Position numbers and translations under genes: made by a program. From contig CM102283.1 in assembly GCA_046563655.1 (NCBI GenBank), forward strand, positions 2,294,001-2,358,000: a stretch of DNA of 64,000 nucleotides, given 5' to 3'. The notes under the pieces are model-generated. The model saw nothing but the letters and a program-made list of their open reading frames with translations. It had not been told where the DNA came from and did no database searches. Every line of letters begins with the position of its first letter. The stretch's first letter is position 1. This document shows, in pieces, positions 26,519-39,825 of this stretch. This stretch comes from Yuukianura sp. NJ FZ-2021. Lineage: Eukaryota.

Positions 26519-29500
26519 TTACATTTGGTCTTCAGTAAATAATTCGCTCGCCTTCCTTGATACCATGATCTACAAATTAAAATAATTTTTCATATAGTTG
26601 GGATGTTAAAGTCCTGAACACTTGGATTGCATTATTTTGTTTATTACTTTGATCAACATTTAATCAAATATTAACCTTCAAAGTTTTAAGCATGTACACG
26701 GTTAATTGAAATTACCGACATACTCGTTGGGGCACAAGAATTTTCGGGATGAAGTGTCGGAGACTTAGGTGCTCGGTGACGCTGACTCAATTTTCGACGA
26801 AAAACCATCAGCACTTCACTGTTGCAGAAGCAAAACAGCAGTGATACGCAGAATCCCTAAAGTTAAGTAATTTTATATAACTTAATTAATATAATAATTT
26901 ATAAACTAAAACTTAATTAACTTCTTGGTACCTGTAGTGAAGCAACTGCTGCCGCCACAACATCGTAGATCAGCGCTTGCCGAGTTCCATGTGTTGGTCG
27001 AAACGGAATCAGAAGGTAGTGCAAGCCAAGCAACGGAATTAGAATCAGCGTGGCTCTCACGGCCTGTCAGAGGTCAAAGGTCACAAGGTCAAAAAAATCA
27101 AGAATATTCAACAGCAAAACATTTAAACCATCTCAAAACTTCCTATATTCTTAGTTGTTGTGTGCAGGACAAGCAAGTCGCAAGTGAGGAACTTTGAAAG
27201 CGAGAGGTCAAAGGTCACATGTAAATCCACTCTGCTACTGACTTATCCCTGCTTCACATGCAAAAACATGAAGTTTGTAGTGGAGTATACTTAAGGGCCC
27301 GCTGTTCCTTTTGACATTAAGACGCTTCAAGCAGCGGAAGTGTCAAGGGACTTTGGACTTTGGAGGACTTTCTGGAAGGGAATTTCTAAACCCTGCTCCT
27401 GTCTTGGAATGAAGTGTAGCACTTCTGGAAGTGGCAGTTTTAAAAATAGGATTTTGAAAATCTTGAAAATGAAAATTTGTCAATTTTGGTTTGAATTTTA
27501 GCGAAATTTTCATTTCCTATTAACTTTAACTTTAAGATTTACCTTCCTTAGAGACAGATGATTATCCATCATGGCTCCAATTGACGAGTTTCTTCTGCAG
27601 ACGTTTGTGAAGTTCCGCTGATTGTCTTTCAATTTTCGAACGAGAACGCGTAAAATGTTGATGAGGAATGCCAGAGACAGGGCGAGTGACAAGCAAACTG
27701 GTATGGATAAAATGTAGTTCCAACTACTCTCTTCTACCCAGCATCTAACATATAAAATATAAGAAGAAATCAAAATTTTAAATTTTTCAAAATTGAAAAA
27801 AAAAATCAGCGTAAGTTTTGATCGGTACTCGTTAACACCCGGAATTCAATTTCTGCGATTTTTTTCGTTTCGCGGCGCGGATAAAAACAAAAGTTTGGAA
27901 GCTGTGCTTTCACCACTAAACTTATAATTCAGTGATGATGAGCAAATTGAGGCTTTGTGGCTTTGAAACTTTGAAAGTTTAAAACACAATCCGCGAATTT
28001 GGAACTTTAAAACTAAAGTTCGGGATTGAAAAGTTTGTGTGTTAAGCGACACAAACTTGTTTGAACAAGAACTGAGAAAAGAGTTATGTTTTAGAATTCT
28101 TTAGCAGCAGGAAGGGAAACGTGCTGCATGCAACAGGCGGAAAGTCTAAAAAAAACGAAACTTTCTCTTCGCCCGGAACATGACAATGACCCGGAAAGGA
28201 AAGTTTTCGATGTCACTTGTTCCTCTTTTCTTTTTGGAGAAACCAAACTGAACTTTTCAAAATTTTACCCTTACACTATCTTATAACCTTGTTTTATAAA
28301 ATTTTAAACAAAATTCAGTTTTTGAAAATGGCACCAAATTTGATTAGGTATTACAAAAACGCACGGCGAAAAAAAAGACGAGAGAAAATTTCTCTTTTCT
28401 CTCCGTGCGTGCTCTACGCCCTGGGCGTGTGTATTTTGTACTTGGATGAGCGGGGTAATTTGAATTCAAAACAAAGCGGGATGATTTGAATTTCAAAATT
28501 TGAATTTTACGCTTGATTTTTGTCTTCATCGTGAGATCTATAGTGAATGTAGAATAGTGTTGGGAGGAGGGGTCCAATCCATCCGAAAACGTAGAAACTC
28601 CGTAGTAGACTGGTGTCAGATCGAATGAAAGCAAGAACCAGAAGTGTATGAAGGTAGAATCCTTCGCAGAACATCCAGAAGTAATTGGCTACCATGAAAT
28701 AGTGCACCAATACATGTAGAACCTTACACCAGAGCTGAAATTAAAAAAAATAAAAGTCAAAGGTGGCAGAGGTCAAATGTCAGTTGAGACAGTGATTGCC
28801 AAGGTTTGTAAACAAAGAATTTTTTTTCTACAACAGTTTGGCCAATAAGTCGGGGTTTTTTCAATTTTGTGCAAAAATTTTTAAAAATGAAAATCGTTCA
28901 GCTTGACCTCCGTTTCTAGTTTCTATGATAATTTCATCTTTTTTTTTTGTTTTTGTAGCAATAGCAATAAGCGACAATTTGGAAAAAAAAATTGGAGGAA
29001 AAGGGGTAAACAGAATTGGAGGAAAATTGGAGCAAAAAATTGTTTTCTTCCTAAAATTTTTGAAGTATGGAGTTATTGGACAACCTGCTGTGGGAAACAC
29101 AATTCTGTGGTCAAGGAACCTTGAAGATTACAGATTTTGAAGTTATACAGAAGTTGGATCGGAACTCATACGGATCAGACGTTATACATATTATGTTAGG
29201 CTGTCAAGGTCAAAAGTCACTGAGGTCAAAGGTCACTGACTTCTACTTACCGGAGTGCGTAAAAGGACGTCGGGACTGTCAACTACTAGACGATAGAAAG
29301 TCATCCATAGGAGGTTGCTGATGATGAAGGAAACGAAAAGATGTTTGTGGATCCGGACACGAGTACACTCCAAGCATCTGCAAAAATTAGCAAACATTGT
29401 GCTAAAAAGTTTACAAATATTGCGAAAAAGAAAAAAAATTAAAGCATCCCGCCTAAAAGTTGAAGCGGAAGTTAGTAAACAGAAGCTTGTGATGCTTGGA

Positions 29501-32500
29501 TTAAAAGAAAGTAGGTCATTTATGTAAATGCAATTGTAAGTAATTACGTAATTACAGTGTAATTTGCAATTCGTAATTAGTAATTACAAAACTTACTTGA
29601 AAGAGCAGAAAATGATGAGAGAGATGATCAGAGCACAAACGGAAATCAAGTAGCCTGATTCGTAAAGCGTGATGACGATACGACGCCACTGAAAAGTTAA
29701 GAAAAATGCGTTTTCAAAAAACTTTTTGAAAATTTTCAAAATTCTCAAAATTTTCAAAAAAAGTCACAATTTGAAATCTTTGCGAATCTGAATCTGACAA
29801 CTTTTGAATTTTGACAGGAAGTGCTTTTCACAAAAACAATCGAAACAAAATATTTGACTTTTTACATCTTGACATTTGCAACCTCGATGACACTAAGCTT
29901 TTCATGTCAAAGATGTAAACAAACAAGTTTTTGTTCAGATTCAACATTGTTTTGTTTTTTAAAATGACATTCCTACAAAAAAAAATCAGTTTTCGAAATT
30001 TTGAAAACTGCTTACCTGCAAATCATCCAAGTCCACACAGTTGGTGTAATTTGACCAAGTTCGATTGTTGTCTGCTCTACGAAACCAATTTCCATCTTCA
30101 CCGCAAGACTTATGCCCAAATCCTATTAAAAGCAAATATACAACTTTTCAAAAAATAATCTTCTTAATTAACTTTTTTTTGAAAAATATATTTTTAGTTT
30201 TGTATAACTTTCTACCAAAATGAGATTTTCTAATGGCCTTTGAGATCAAAGCACCTTTAATGAGAAATTTGACTCTCCGGAGATATTAGATCTATCAGTT
30301 TCCTTTCAAATTTTGAAATCAGAAAGAGGCTTTTGAGAATCTTATTTTCAAAAAATATTTGAAATAAGGAGAACTACGACTCAAGTCATGAAAAGCGTCT
30401 ATTTCAAATGTTCAAAATTCAAAAAACCGAAATGTGAATGTCTTTTTGAAATGAGAAACCCGGGTTTCTTTTGCACTCACTTTTGGTTAAACCTTGAACC
30501 TTCACAGGCAGGGTATCTCAGTGTCTTTTGTTCTTTAGACCCCGGGGAAATTCAAAATGTTAGATTTGAAAAAACGCACACTTTTCTTAATGCAGCACCC
30601 AAAAAATCTCACTTGCGTTTTTTAAGATACAAAGTTGAGATTCACACATTTTTCAAATTCCATAAACTTCAGATGGTTTTAAACTAAAATTTTTTCTTAA
30701 TTCAAAAATTTGAAAATTCCCGTTCCCCCAAAGGTAGCTTGGGAAACCCTGCTTTTTCAAATAGAATTTTGTCCAATTACATTTAACTGTACAGACAAGA
30801 AGCGAAAAGACATGGCGGGATATGTCAAGTTTTTGAAAACGAAGAACAAGGAGTTGTATTTACAGCGTGTTTCTTTTCAAGCCATCTTCTCCAAAATGTC
30901 TGTTTGAATTTTCCCTCTTCTGGAAAATGTCTTTTCCAATTTTCCTTTAGTTTGTTTTTCAAAACGCGCTCCAAATATTTCTCAAATTCAAATATTTGCT
31001 TTTCATGCTTCAACGAGCACAAAATTTCCAATATTCGTCTCTTCTTGTTTTAAATTCAAATAGTACATAACCTACAAACTACTGTCGCAATAACTTTATT
31101 TGATGCTCAAAAATGGCAATGTTGAACAAACAAGAAACCATTTCCTTTAAGAAAATTTGAATTTCGAAAATTTCTTCCGCTTCAGTTGTAAATCTTGACA
31201 AAACAGGCATTGGTCCGTCCATGAGCAAAGAGATGCTGGCGAACAGGTTTGCTAATTCTCTGTTTTCCGTACAGAATGAGAGTTTCCAATTTGGGAATTT
31301 TTTCAAAACCAAAAACCACGGAAATATCTGAAATCCATTCGCCCAAACCGCGAAGTACGAGAGTTTCCAATTCTAATATGAAAAACATGACATTTTCATT
31401 AGTAATGATAAATGGTGGAGGAAAATTTGAAATTCCGATGGCGGAAAAATTCAAATTCCCTTGAGCTCATGACAAGAGTTATTAATGAGAAATGTAATAA
31501 CGTACGACTCATTTCTCCAATGGCGTGCCCTGTGATCTCATACTCCGGCTCGTGCAACAGGAAGTCTTGGTGATGAGTGAGTCTGTTGATTGAACTCTGG
31601 CTGATGCCCGTTACCCCTCCGTCGGTCAGAGTTGACATGTTGACCTGCAGGTCAAAGGTCAAAGGTCACCAACATAAATTACATTCTAAATTTGACATTT
31701 ATTATTATAAAAGATTAAATGGTGTAAGGGAATATGGTAGGAATTAAAATTAGTCAAGGTCAATGACCTGCCAGGTCAAAGGTCAAAGTTCCGGATTAAG
31801 GTTAGGCCTTAAGTAGTTCTAGTTAGTTTTCGTTAAATGGAGTAAAAATGCTAAAGGCCAATGACCTGTAACGTCAAAGGTCAATGATCTGCGGTTGGTA
31901 TTAGTCAAGGTCAGTGACCTGCCAGGTCAAAGGTCAAAGTTTTAAATTAAGATTAGGCCTTAGTTAAATGCAGTCTTAGTTAATGGTAGTAAAATATTAA
32001 AGGTCAATGACCTGCAAAGTCAGATGTCTCAGTGTTGGATAGCTTTCCATGAGGAGTTGAAATTCGCGGTTTCCAATTTGAACTTGGCTCATGTGCGAGT
32101 ACAAATTTTCTGGTCGCACGGCCATGTGACCTCCAATGGAATTCAGCCTCGGGCCATCGACTATCGTCAGTTCCGAAAGTCCATTGAACTTTTTCACGAG
32201 TGGCTCCAAATTCAAATTCAAAAAGTGGGGATTCATAATTGCGATGCTCAGAGAAGCCATTTTGGGAAACGTCAATCTTTCATCGCTCATCCAAAATTCC
32301 CGCAACTCTTTTGTGCGTCGACTATGAACGCTGATTGCAAGGGCACGAACTTCTTGATACATTGGATCCTGCATACGGATTGAAATTTCGGGAATGACCT
32401 CTTGACCTTCTAGGTCAGTCAAGTGCAGACCGAGGTCAATCACTGCAGGGTGAACAAGGTGAATGACTTCTGGTGTGACCGGATCTGGAATGCCTTTGAG

Positions 32501-35500
32501 CATTGCATCAAACAGCATGTGAAGTCGATCGTCCGATGATGGACGCATGACGATTGTTCTCAAATGGAGATATTGAAGGGCAAGAAGATTTTGAATAAAT
32601 GGCAAAAACTCGCGCTCAATTGAGTCCAGACTGAGCCAAAGGAAGTTGAAATCCAAAATTAAGTGTTTGAGTGCAGTCAAATTGAATTGGCCTTTGGCAC
32701 GGTTGAAATACTCAACACATGATAGGACAAAGTGATCAAAAGATTTTCGCGGCGCATCGTCATTGGTGCACCGAATGGCCAGTTTTTGAAGTGAGTCACG
32801 TGAGTGTAGTAGCGTTTCGGCCAGGGAAATCCAAAACATGGTGAATTCCTTAACGTTTTTCCGATCAGCTGATTCTTCAGTTTTTTCCGGTCCTGGTGTG
32901 ACTTCAATTTCTTCAAGCGAGTTTGGTGCAAGAGATTCGCGTAAAAGTGCAAGTAAAATTCCCGTGTTCATGCCAAGTCCGGTATCTTCGATCCGCAATT
33001 TTTTGAATTTGACTGAATATCTTCGAAATTCGCGGATAAAATCTTGGCTGATCTCCATGTTACGAGTTCTCGGACTCTCAGTTCCGCCTGTAAGAGTCTG
33101 GATCAGCTGTTGAGTCAGAGGTACAGTCTGGAAGTAGGCGCCTTTAGTGTCTATCAGAGTCTCCAGGCCCTTGAAGTACGTCAGAAACCGAATAAGAGTG
33201 TGCCATTCTACGCAGCAACATGTCAGGTCAAGGGTCGTGACCCCTTTGAACAAGTCTTGCAGGAACCCTTCATTCCAACTGCTCAGGATCAGCTGGATAT
33301 CGGCTGTTGTGGCGTTGCGAATGACCAAGGTAGACCAGATATTTAGTTTGTTCAGAGAAGTTCGGATGTAGTCGACGAAATCCGAACCGGAATGGGCCTT
33401 TGGCTGGAAGAGGAGCCACGGTTTGAGGAGTGCCGCCGCCGCGGTTTCAGGACCTTCCAGGTTCGGATTGAAAACGAACGCGGTAGACTGGCGAAAAGCG
33501 GGAGTTGAAAATGTGTACCAGTTTTGACATACGCAGCGACACGAAATGACGTCACGACCTCGCAGATTTCCAAAAATTTGACTGTAAATTTTGATCTAAA
33601 AATCAAAAATGTTGATGTGAAAAAATTTGGTGATCTGGAAACTCTAAGCTCGACACAAAATTTAGACAGAAAAAATAAAAATCGTGAAGCATAAAAATAT
33701 TTTGCATAGAAGCATAAATTTTGATCTTAAATTCAACAGTACTATTTTGAAAAAGTAAAAAATTATAAAATTATAAGTTTTTTTTTGTGTATTTGGCTCC
33801 AAAATTTCTTTGAAAAAATCTTACGTAATTCAAAACTTGATCGTGCGTGGGTTTCCTTTGAAACGGAGATATGAGCTGCTTGATACTTGACTTCCGCGTG
33901 GGAATGCGTGATTTTGCGTGACTTGATGCTGGTGTAGAGTGAATCGATTGGTTGACACTTTCAGCCATTAGAGCCTGAGGATTGTTGACTTTTGAGGACT
34001 TTCCAGCAGAAGATTCTGCTTTCTCCTCCTTCAACTTTGTCTTTTCAATTTTACTTGGCTTGGGTTCAGCTCGGTCCAAATTTTGATTTGCATCTACTTC
34101 AATATGAACCGGCGGAACAAAGTAGTTGATGAAGTCATTCAGTGAGTCTACGACAAATCCCACCCGGCTCTTGCCCTCTTCGGCTTGACCCGAACTTGAC
34201 CTTGACTCATTTTGTTGATCTGACGCTGACCCCAATTCACTTTCTCGGCTTTCACTCAAGTCCGCAACTCCCGGGCTTCTAAACAGAAATCCGGCTATTT
34301 TAAATTGACTATAACAAATTTTGACCATTTTTTTGAAATTTTATGACTGCAAGTTGACAGAATTTTATAATTGCAAAAATTGCAAATTGAACTTACAAAG
34401 TTGGTGGCAATTGTGAATCAATTCCTTCTTGTGTCTCGTCATTCCTACTACTTAAATTGTCCATCTTCCCACACCAAAATTTCAAAATTTTGAAACTCCC
34501 ACTTTCACTTGTTACACTCACAGAAAGTCAAAATGTACAAAAAAAAATTTTTTCTAAAAAAAAGTATTTTGAGTTTATTTACTGCTAACAACTTAGGTTT
34601 CCGTAGCAATTCTCGTCATTACAAAATTTCAAAATTGTATAGCTTTCGTGTTCTTCACTTTTCAAAAAATTTTAATACGGAACTGCAAAATTTTTAATTT
34701 TTTTTCATACATTTTACGGCTGTTTAAACAAAAATTAATCCGGAACAGTTTTCTTTTGAACCTTTGTTCTCTCTCGAGTTTAATTTGATTAATACAAGTT
34801 TCAATTTTCAAAGACAGCGCAATTTTCAAAACGAAAAAAAATGAAACGCTTTGTTCATTTCCCGCCGTTTTTTTTAAAGAAGTGAGCTTTATTAGGTTAG
34901 AGAAATGGCTCCCCATTTCTTTTGTTCTCTTAAAGCTAATTTCCCTCATGGAAGATTCAGAAGGCTTGTCTAAAAATAGAATTGAGTTTTCTCCTACTCC
35001 TCCGCTCATGTAGACGCCGCCTCAAAGTGAGCGGGAATTTTCAAAAGTGTGTTCGTTTATGGCTTCGTTTGAAGACAGAAGTCACAAATTGTACCAATTT
35101 TGGGAAACCACTGTAACCAACCGCATCTGACTCATTCACTGTTCTAAGATTTCATTTGATTGTAATAAAAGCTAGTTACTTCCGCCTCCTCAGCAAAGAA
35201 ATAATTGGCACGCAAAAGTTTTTTCGAGTAATAAATTTTTGGCGGGAAATAAAACAATAAAAAACATACGCGTGGACACAAATCCGGGAATCCACGATGG
35301 ACAAGGAGCAAACGCCACAGTTCCAGCAGCAGTTCGGTTCCAGCAGTTCCAGCCATCAAAAGTTTTCGGACAAAAAACGCCTTATGAAGCAAAAAAAATT
35401 AATAGATTTCAATGAGTTTTAGTATAAACTATTTTTGTTTTGAATAGTGAATTTGGATAAGGAATTTTGAAAATTGATGACTTTTGAACCGTCGTTTGAC

Positions 35501-38500
35501 GTAGTCGAATTACGTTGAATTTTTCCAAATCCAATTAAAGTCACGTTGAATCAATTCGTAGGAAGTCAATAATTTAATTAAGTTTCCACTGATGAGCTTA
35601 ACAAGCTACAAATGTTGCATAAAATCTGAAGTGACTGTTCCACAAACTACTTTACTTTTCAATTAATCAACTTCTAAACACAGTACTTCACTTTTCTAAA
35701 AGATTCCAAGAAATACATTTCAAAACATTCCATTTGTCACAATTTCAAAACATCCAACAAGTTCGTTAGAAAATGACTAAATAGCTGTTAAGAATTTGAA
35801 AACACGGTTTTCAGAATTTTGCTAAACTTTGACAACAACGCTTCTCAAAATTTTGGATGCATTCGGTTTTTAAAAAAAAAGTGGTTTCTAGAATTCGGAG
35901 ACACATTTTAGATTTGAGACAATTTGAATTGAAGTGCTTGGGGCGAAGTGACAAGCTAAATTTTTGGTTTCTATTTTGTGAATTTGTTTTTGAATTTTGG
36001 TTTAAATGTCTGTTTGAAATTAATTGTTCTCAATCTCCCTTTTGACAGGATGAATTTCCGCTTCTGTCAAAATTTTTGAAATAGACAGTTCTGCTCTGAT
36101 TATTCATTTGGAATGAAAAGCTGACAGCGAAGTGGACAAGAATTAATTAAAATCCTAATCACATTGAGATTTTTGGTTTCATAACAAACACTCTTCAAAG
36201 AATTTCAAAATTTCGAAAAAGAAACAAGGTTTTTGCAAACTGCACATTTCAATGTCATTTTTATCCTGTGTCTAAGGTTAACGTAACGTTAAAAATTTTT
36301 AGATTACAGATGCATTCCTAATCTACTCAGACCATAACCTAACTTATACTCATACGTTGCACGTCTAATCAGTGCAAAAGCAAGAGCTGGAAGCAGCACT
36401 AAAACCAAAACGCACTTTACTTTCTCCTTGGAAAAAATGTTCAGAACTGGGAGAAAGTGTTTTTTTGTATCCCCGATTTTTATCTTTTCCCATTTCGTTT
36501 TATCTTTGCAAAAAAAAAAACACAAAATGTGCACGTTGCAAGAAAAAAATTGCTTGATATTTTTAGCAAAGAAAACAAGTCAACGTTGAAACAAAAACTG
36601 CTGAAAGATATTTTTTGCTCGATTAATTCTCTTCCTTAATTACCAGGGATGTCAAACCTATTTAGTCTCCACGCCCGTAATGTTAAAAAAAACACTTGCA
36701 GGCTTTTTTGTTGCTAAATATTTATTTGCCCACGCCCTTAGTGTTAGATAAATATTTGGCGATTTAAAAAACATTATTTTGTCCACATTTCGAGGGTTTT
36801 TAGCACATATTTTTTACAACCCTGCTAATTATTTCAGCTTCCCACTCCTCAAAATTGTAAGTGTTTTACTCCCCTGTACTTTTATTATGAAAGAAAATGT
36901 TTTTGTTAAAGTGCAAATTTTGTTGTATTTTAGAAGAACGTGCGCCTTAAGGGCTCCAAAGTGACTTTGAATTGTTCCTAAAAGTTTATCTGAAGAGAAA
37001 CAGAAACAGTAAAGTCATTTTGCTTTCAAAGGCCAATCAAAATTTGGGTTTTCAAATTTCCGTGCCTTTGTCAAATTCAAACTTTTCGACTTTTCCGTTT
37101 TTATTTCTTTTATTACTGGAGTTCTTTTTTGTTAAAGCTCTTTGGTCGAACAGAAATTTTGAAACTTCCTTGAAACTGCTAGTTATACATTAGCAGCTAA
37201 TTAGCTAGTTTACACAAAAACTTTTGATTTTCTTAACTTTTCTTAACTTTTTTTTAGAAAAGGATTTGCAAGTGTTTAGAAAGTTTTGAAAACTGTAACT
37301 AATTGCGGGCTTGTCAGGAAGGTTTGAGCCAGCGATAATGATGATAAATTTAAAAAGTTAATTCTTAAAAACTGGAACTGATCACGTGACAATGGCATTT
37401 GGATTGGCGGAAGTTTTTTTTTAAATTTGAAGAAATGGGAATTTGAACAGAAAAAAAATTAGCAGGAGCCTTTGATTTTTTCGTTTTTCTTTTGGAAGAG
37501 GTTGGAATAGTTTCTTGGAACAAAAAAAAAGAGGAAAAATTTAGCTTTTTTGGAAAAAGTTTTTTCAAAGCCCAGTTCCGTGTTTCTTTTAAGTTGCCTT
37601 TGAAATGGACCCGGCGGGAAGATTTGAGCAATTTGTTTACCAAAAAAAAGTTTTCAAAAAAAGGAAAGCGAAAAATTGTAATTGATCTTTGAAAAAAATA
37701 AGTGAAAATAATTTTCAATTTCCAAAGAGGAAGTCCGTGGGCAAAGAAAAGTGGAAGCTGAAATTTGACTTTCCTGGAAGGTCTAAAATGTGATAAAAAA
37801 AAATCAATGTTCAAAGCCGCAACGGAAAATTTGTGAGCCTATGGATTAATTTTAATTGAAGTTTCAAAAAATCAAAATTTGAAGCGCTTTCTCTATTTTA
37901 AATAACATTCTTCAGTCAAAAAATTTCCGTTTTTTTCCATTTTTGTTATAAGTACGCATTGTGATGGTAGTTTCAATAGAAATTCGTATTTAAAAAATCA
38001 TCTTGTTCAAAACTTGAAATTTCGAAGATCCTTTCACACTTTATTTTAAAATAGACTTCCGAAATTGCTTCACAAATGAAAGTTCACTCATCCGTTGGTG
38101 AATTTCATGAAAAATGACAGTTTCTTTAAGTTATAAAAAAAATGAAAATTTAAAAATACAAATCTGTTTTAGAAACTTGTCATTTCTCAAATTTGGTTTC
38201 GGAAACAAAATTACGACACCTTTTGACTTTCAAAAATTATATTTTGGAAAATTTATTTTGCTAAACGTTGTTTGTTTGGTTTTTCTACTTTCCAATTTTC
38301 TCCCTAATTTGATTTTGAAAAACTCTCCATAAATTGATTAGTTTATGGCATCAATTTTTCTCTTGTAAGCAACTGTGACACAAAGATGGATGACACAAAG
38401 AGACAATACCAATTTCCGAGACAAATGGAAACCACTTTAGACACTGCACAGATCAAGCTTAGGTTAACCTAACCTGAACAAAGCTGCAAATTAGGAAGAT

Positions 38501-39825
38501 AACAAGGGCAACTGGGATTTGAACATCAACTTTTTGATTCAATCTCCTACAGAAAGTTATGAAGGATAATAAAAACTAAACCGAACATCCTAACTAACCT
38601 AACTTTCTACTCAAAACTAACGTAACCTCAGAAACTCCAAAAGTCCCAATTTCATAAACCACAATCTAAGTTTTCAAAAAATAGCCTCAATTTCAAAATT
38701 ATACAAAGGCAATATTTGTCTCTCCAACAAACCAAATTTTTTACTTCGCTGGTCCATTCTTAAAAAGAAACTCCTTTTAAACTGTTTTTAAAGAAAAACT
38801 GTTTTAAAGATTCTTCTCCAACGTTCAAATTTCTTTTGCCAATTTGTAAAATTTTTAGAGCAAAGACGCTTAAAATTTCAGGAATTTTAAGGAATTTTAT
38901 ATTTAAAGAAAGGAAGGAAAATAAAATGGGGCAAATTGATACTGTGAGATACTGGGAGAAAATAAAACGGTGGCAAAGCTTAAATTGAGTGTTGGTGGGA
39001 ATTGGTGACTCAATTAATTAGTGCCTTTCCACCACATCGAATGACGTTCATCCAATCGGGAGATGTCATTTCCAAAACCCAATATTGCAATTCCATGCTC
39101 CCTGTCACTTTTCATTCCGCCTTGATTTCAAATTTTGGCGTTTCCAAACTCAGAAAGCATTTCCACAGAAATATACTGGCAGTACTGGTTGTGTTCTCAT
39201 GTTCCATGTCACTTCAGATTCAAAATTTCAAGTGTATTGGAGCCAAATGAACTTTCATGTTAAAACGTCAACCACCAAAGGTCATTAAAGGTCAAACGTC
39301 ATTTTAAGTTCAGGGTCAATGGTCATCTGAGGTTTCAAAGTGACAAGTCACACTAAATTCCATATGTACTTTATTTCAAGGTGCAAGTTCAATGGTCAAA
39401 AGTCTTAAGTTTCATAGTCAATGGTCACCAACGTTTTAATGCCAAAGGTCAAAGGTCATCCGACATTTCAAGGTCATGTAGCATTTCAAGGTCATCCAGC
39501 ATTCATGCAAGGTCAGTGGTTATCTTGAAGTTTAAAAAGCTTCAAAAATCAAAGGTGATACTAGTTTTGTAATGTCAAAGGTCAAAAGGTCGTTTTAACT
39601 TCAATTTCAAAAAAAAATTCTTTTCAAAATTTCAAATCTCTATTTCAAAATTTTTTTTCATGACTTACCATTGCTCCAAGATGGCGTCGAGTTGTCCACA
39701 CAGTTGAGTCGTTTGTGATGCAGGAGATCAAGAAGCCATTCGCTCGTAACGTTTCTCGTTACAATTGCTTCCTGTTGCACGTCGACTTCAAATCCTCCTT
39801 CAACTTCTTCTACAATTTGTTCCAT
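26519..39825 (-). CDS. Class B (secretin-family) GPCR, calcitonin/DH31 receptor-like; complement(join(26519..26569,26716..26856,26932..27063,27543..27744,28511..28734,29251..29377,29597..29688,30016..30122,35270..35380,39669..39825))
   Basis: Hormone-binding domain FCPKTFDGWNCW...PCP and WSNYTNC. TM motifs CTRVRIHKHLF, NYFWMFCEGFYLH, AVRATLILIPLLGLHY and SLQGFCVSLLFCFCNSEV. All ten exons are phase-compatible. Confidence 0.92.
31182..34464 (-). CDS. F-box / LRR-like protein nested in GPCR intron 2; complement(join(31182..31372,31506..31644,32012..33595,33825..34278,34397..34464))
   Basis: F-box-like VLNYIKIYSQIFGNLRGRDVISCRCVCQNWY, then LRR-like LxxLxL repeats and LTDGGVTG. It has its own ATG and stop, and the exons join in frame. 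Confidence 0.78.
31740..32015. repeat. Intronic imperfect tandem repeat rich in AGGTCA half-sites
   Basis: TAGTCAAGGTCA(A/G)TGACCTGCCAGGTCAAAGGTCAAAGTT occurs at ~31751 and ~31902. Confidence 0.7.

Noticed and set aside
30480-31050. Lys/Glu-rich 68-aa minus-strand ORF and exon-like segment downstream of the F-box gene
   Set aside because: No start, homology or reliable phase-compatible linkage was found. It may be UTR or intron.
35400-39660. Many 60-150 aa Phe/Lys-rich ORFs
   Set aside because: These are low-complexity translations of AT-rich GPCR intron 1, with no coding signal.
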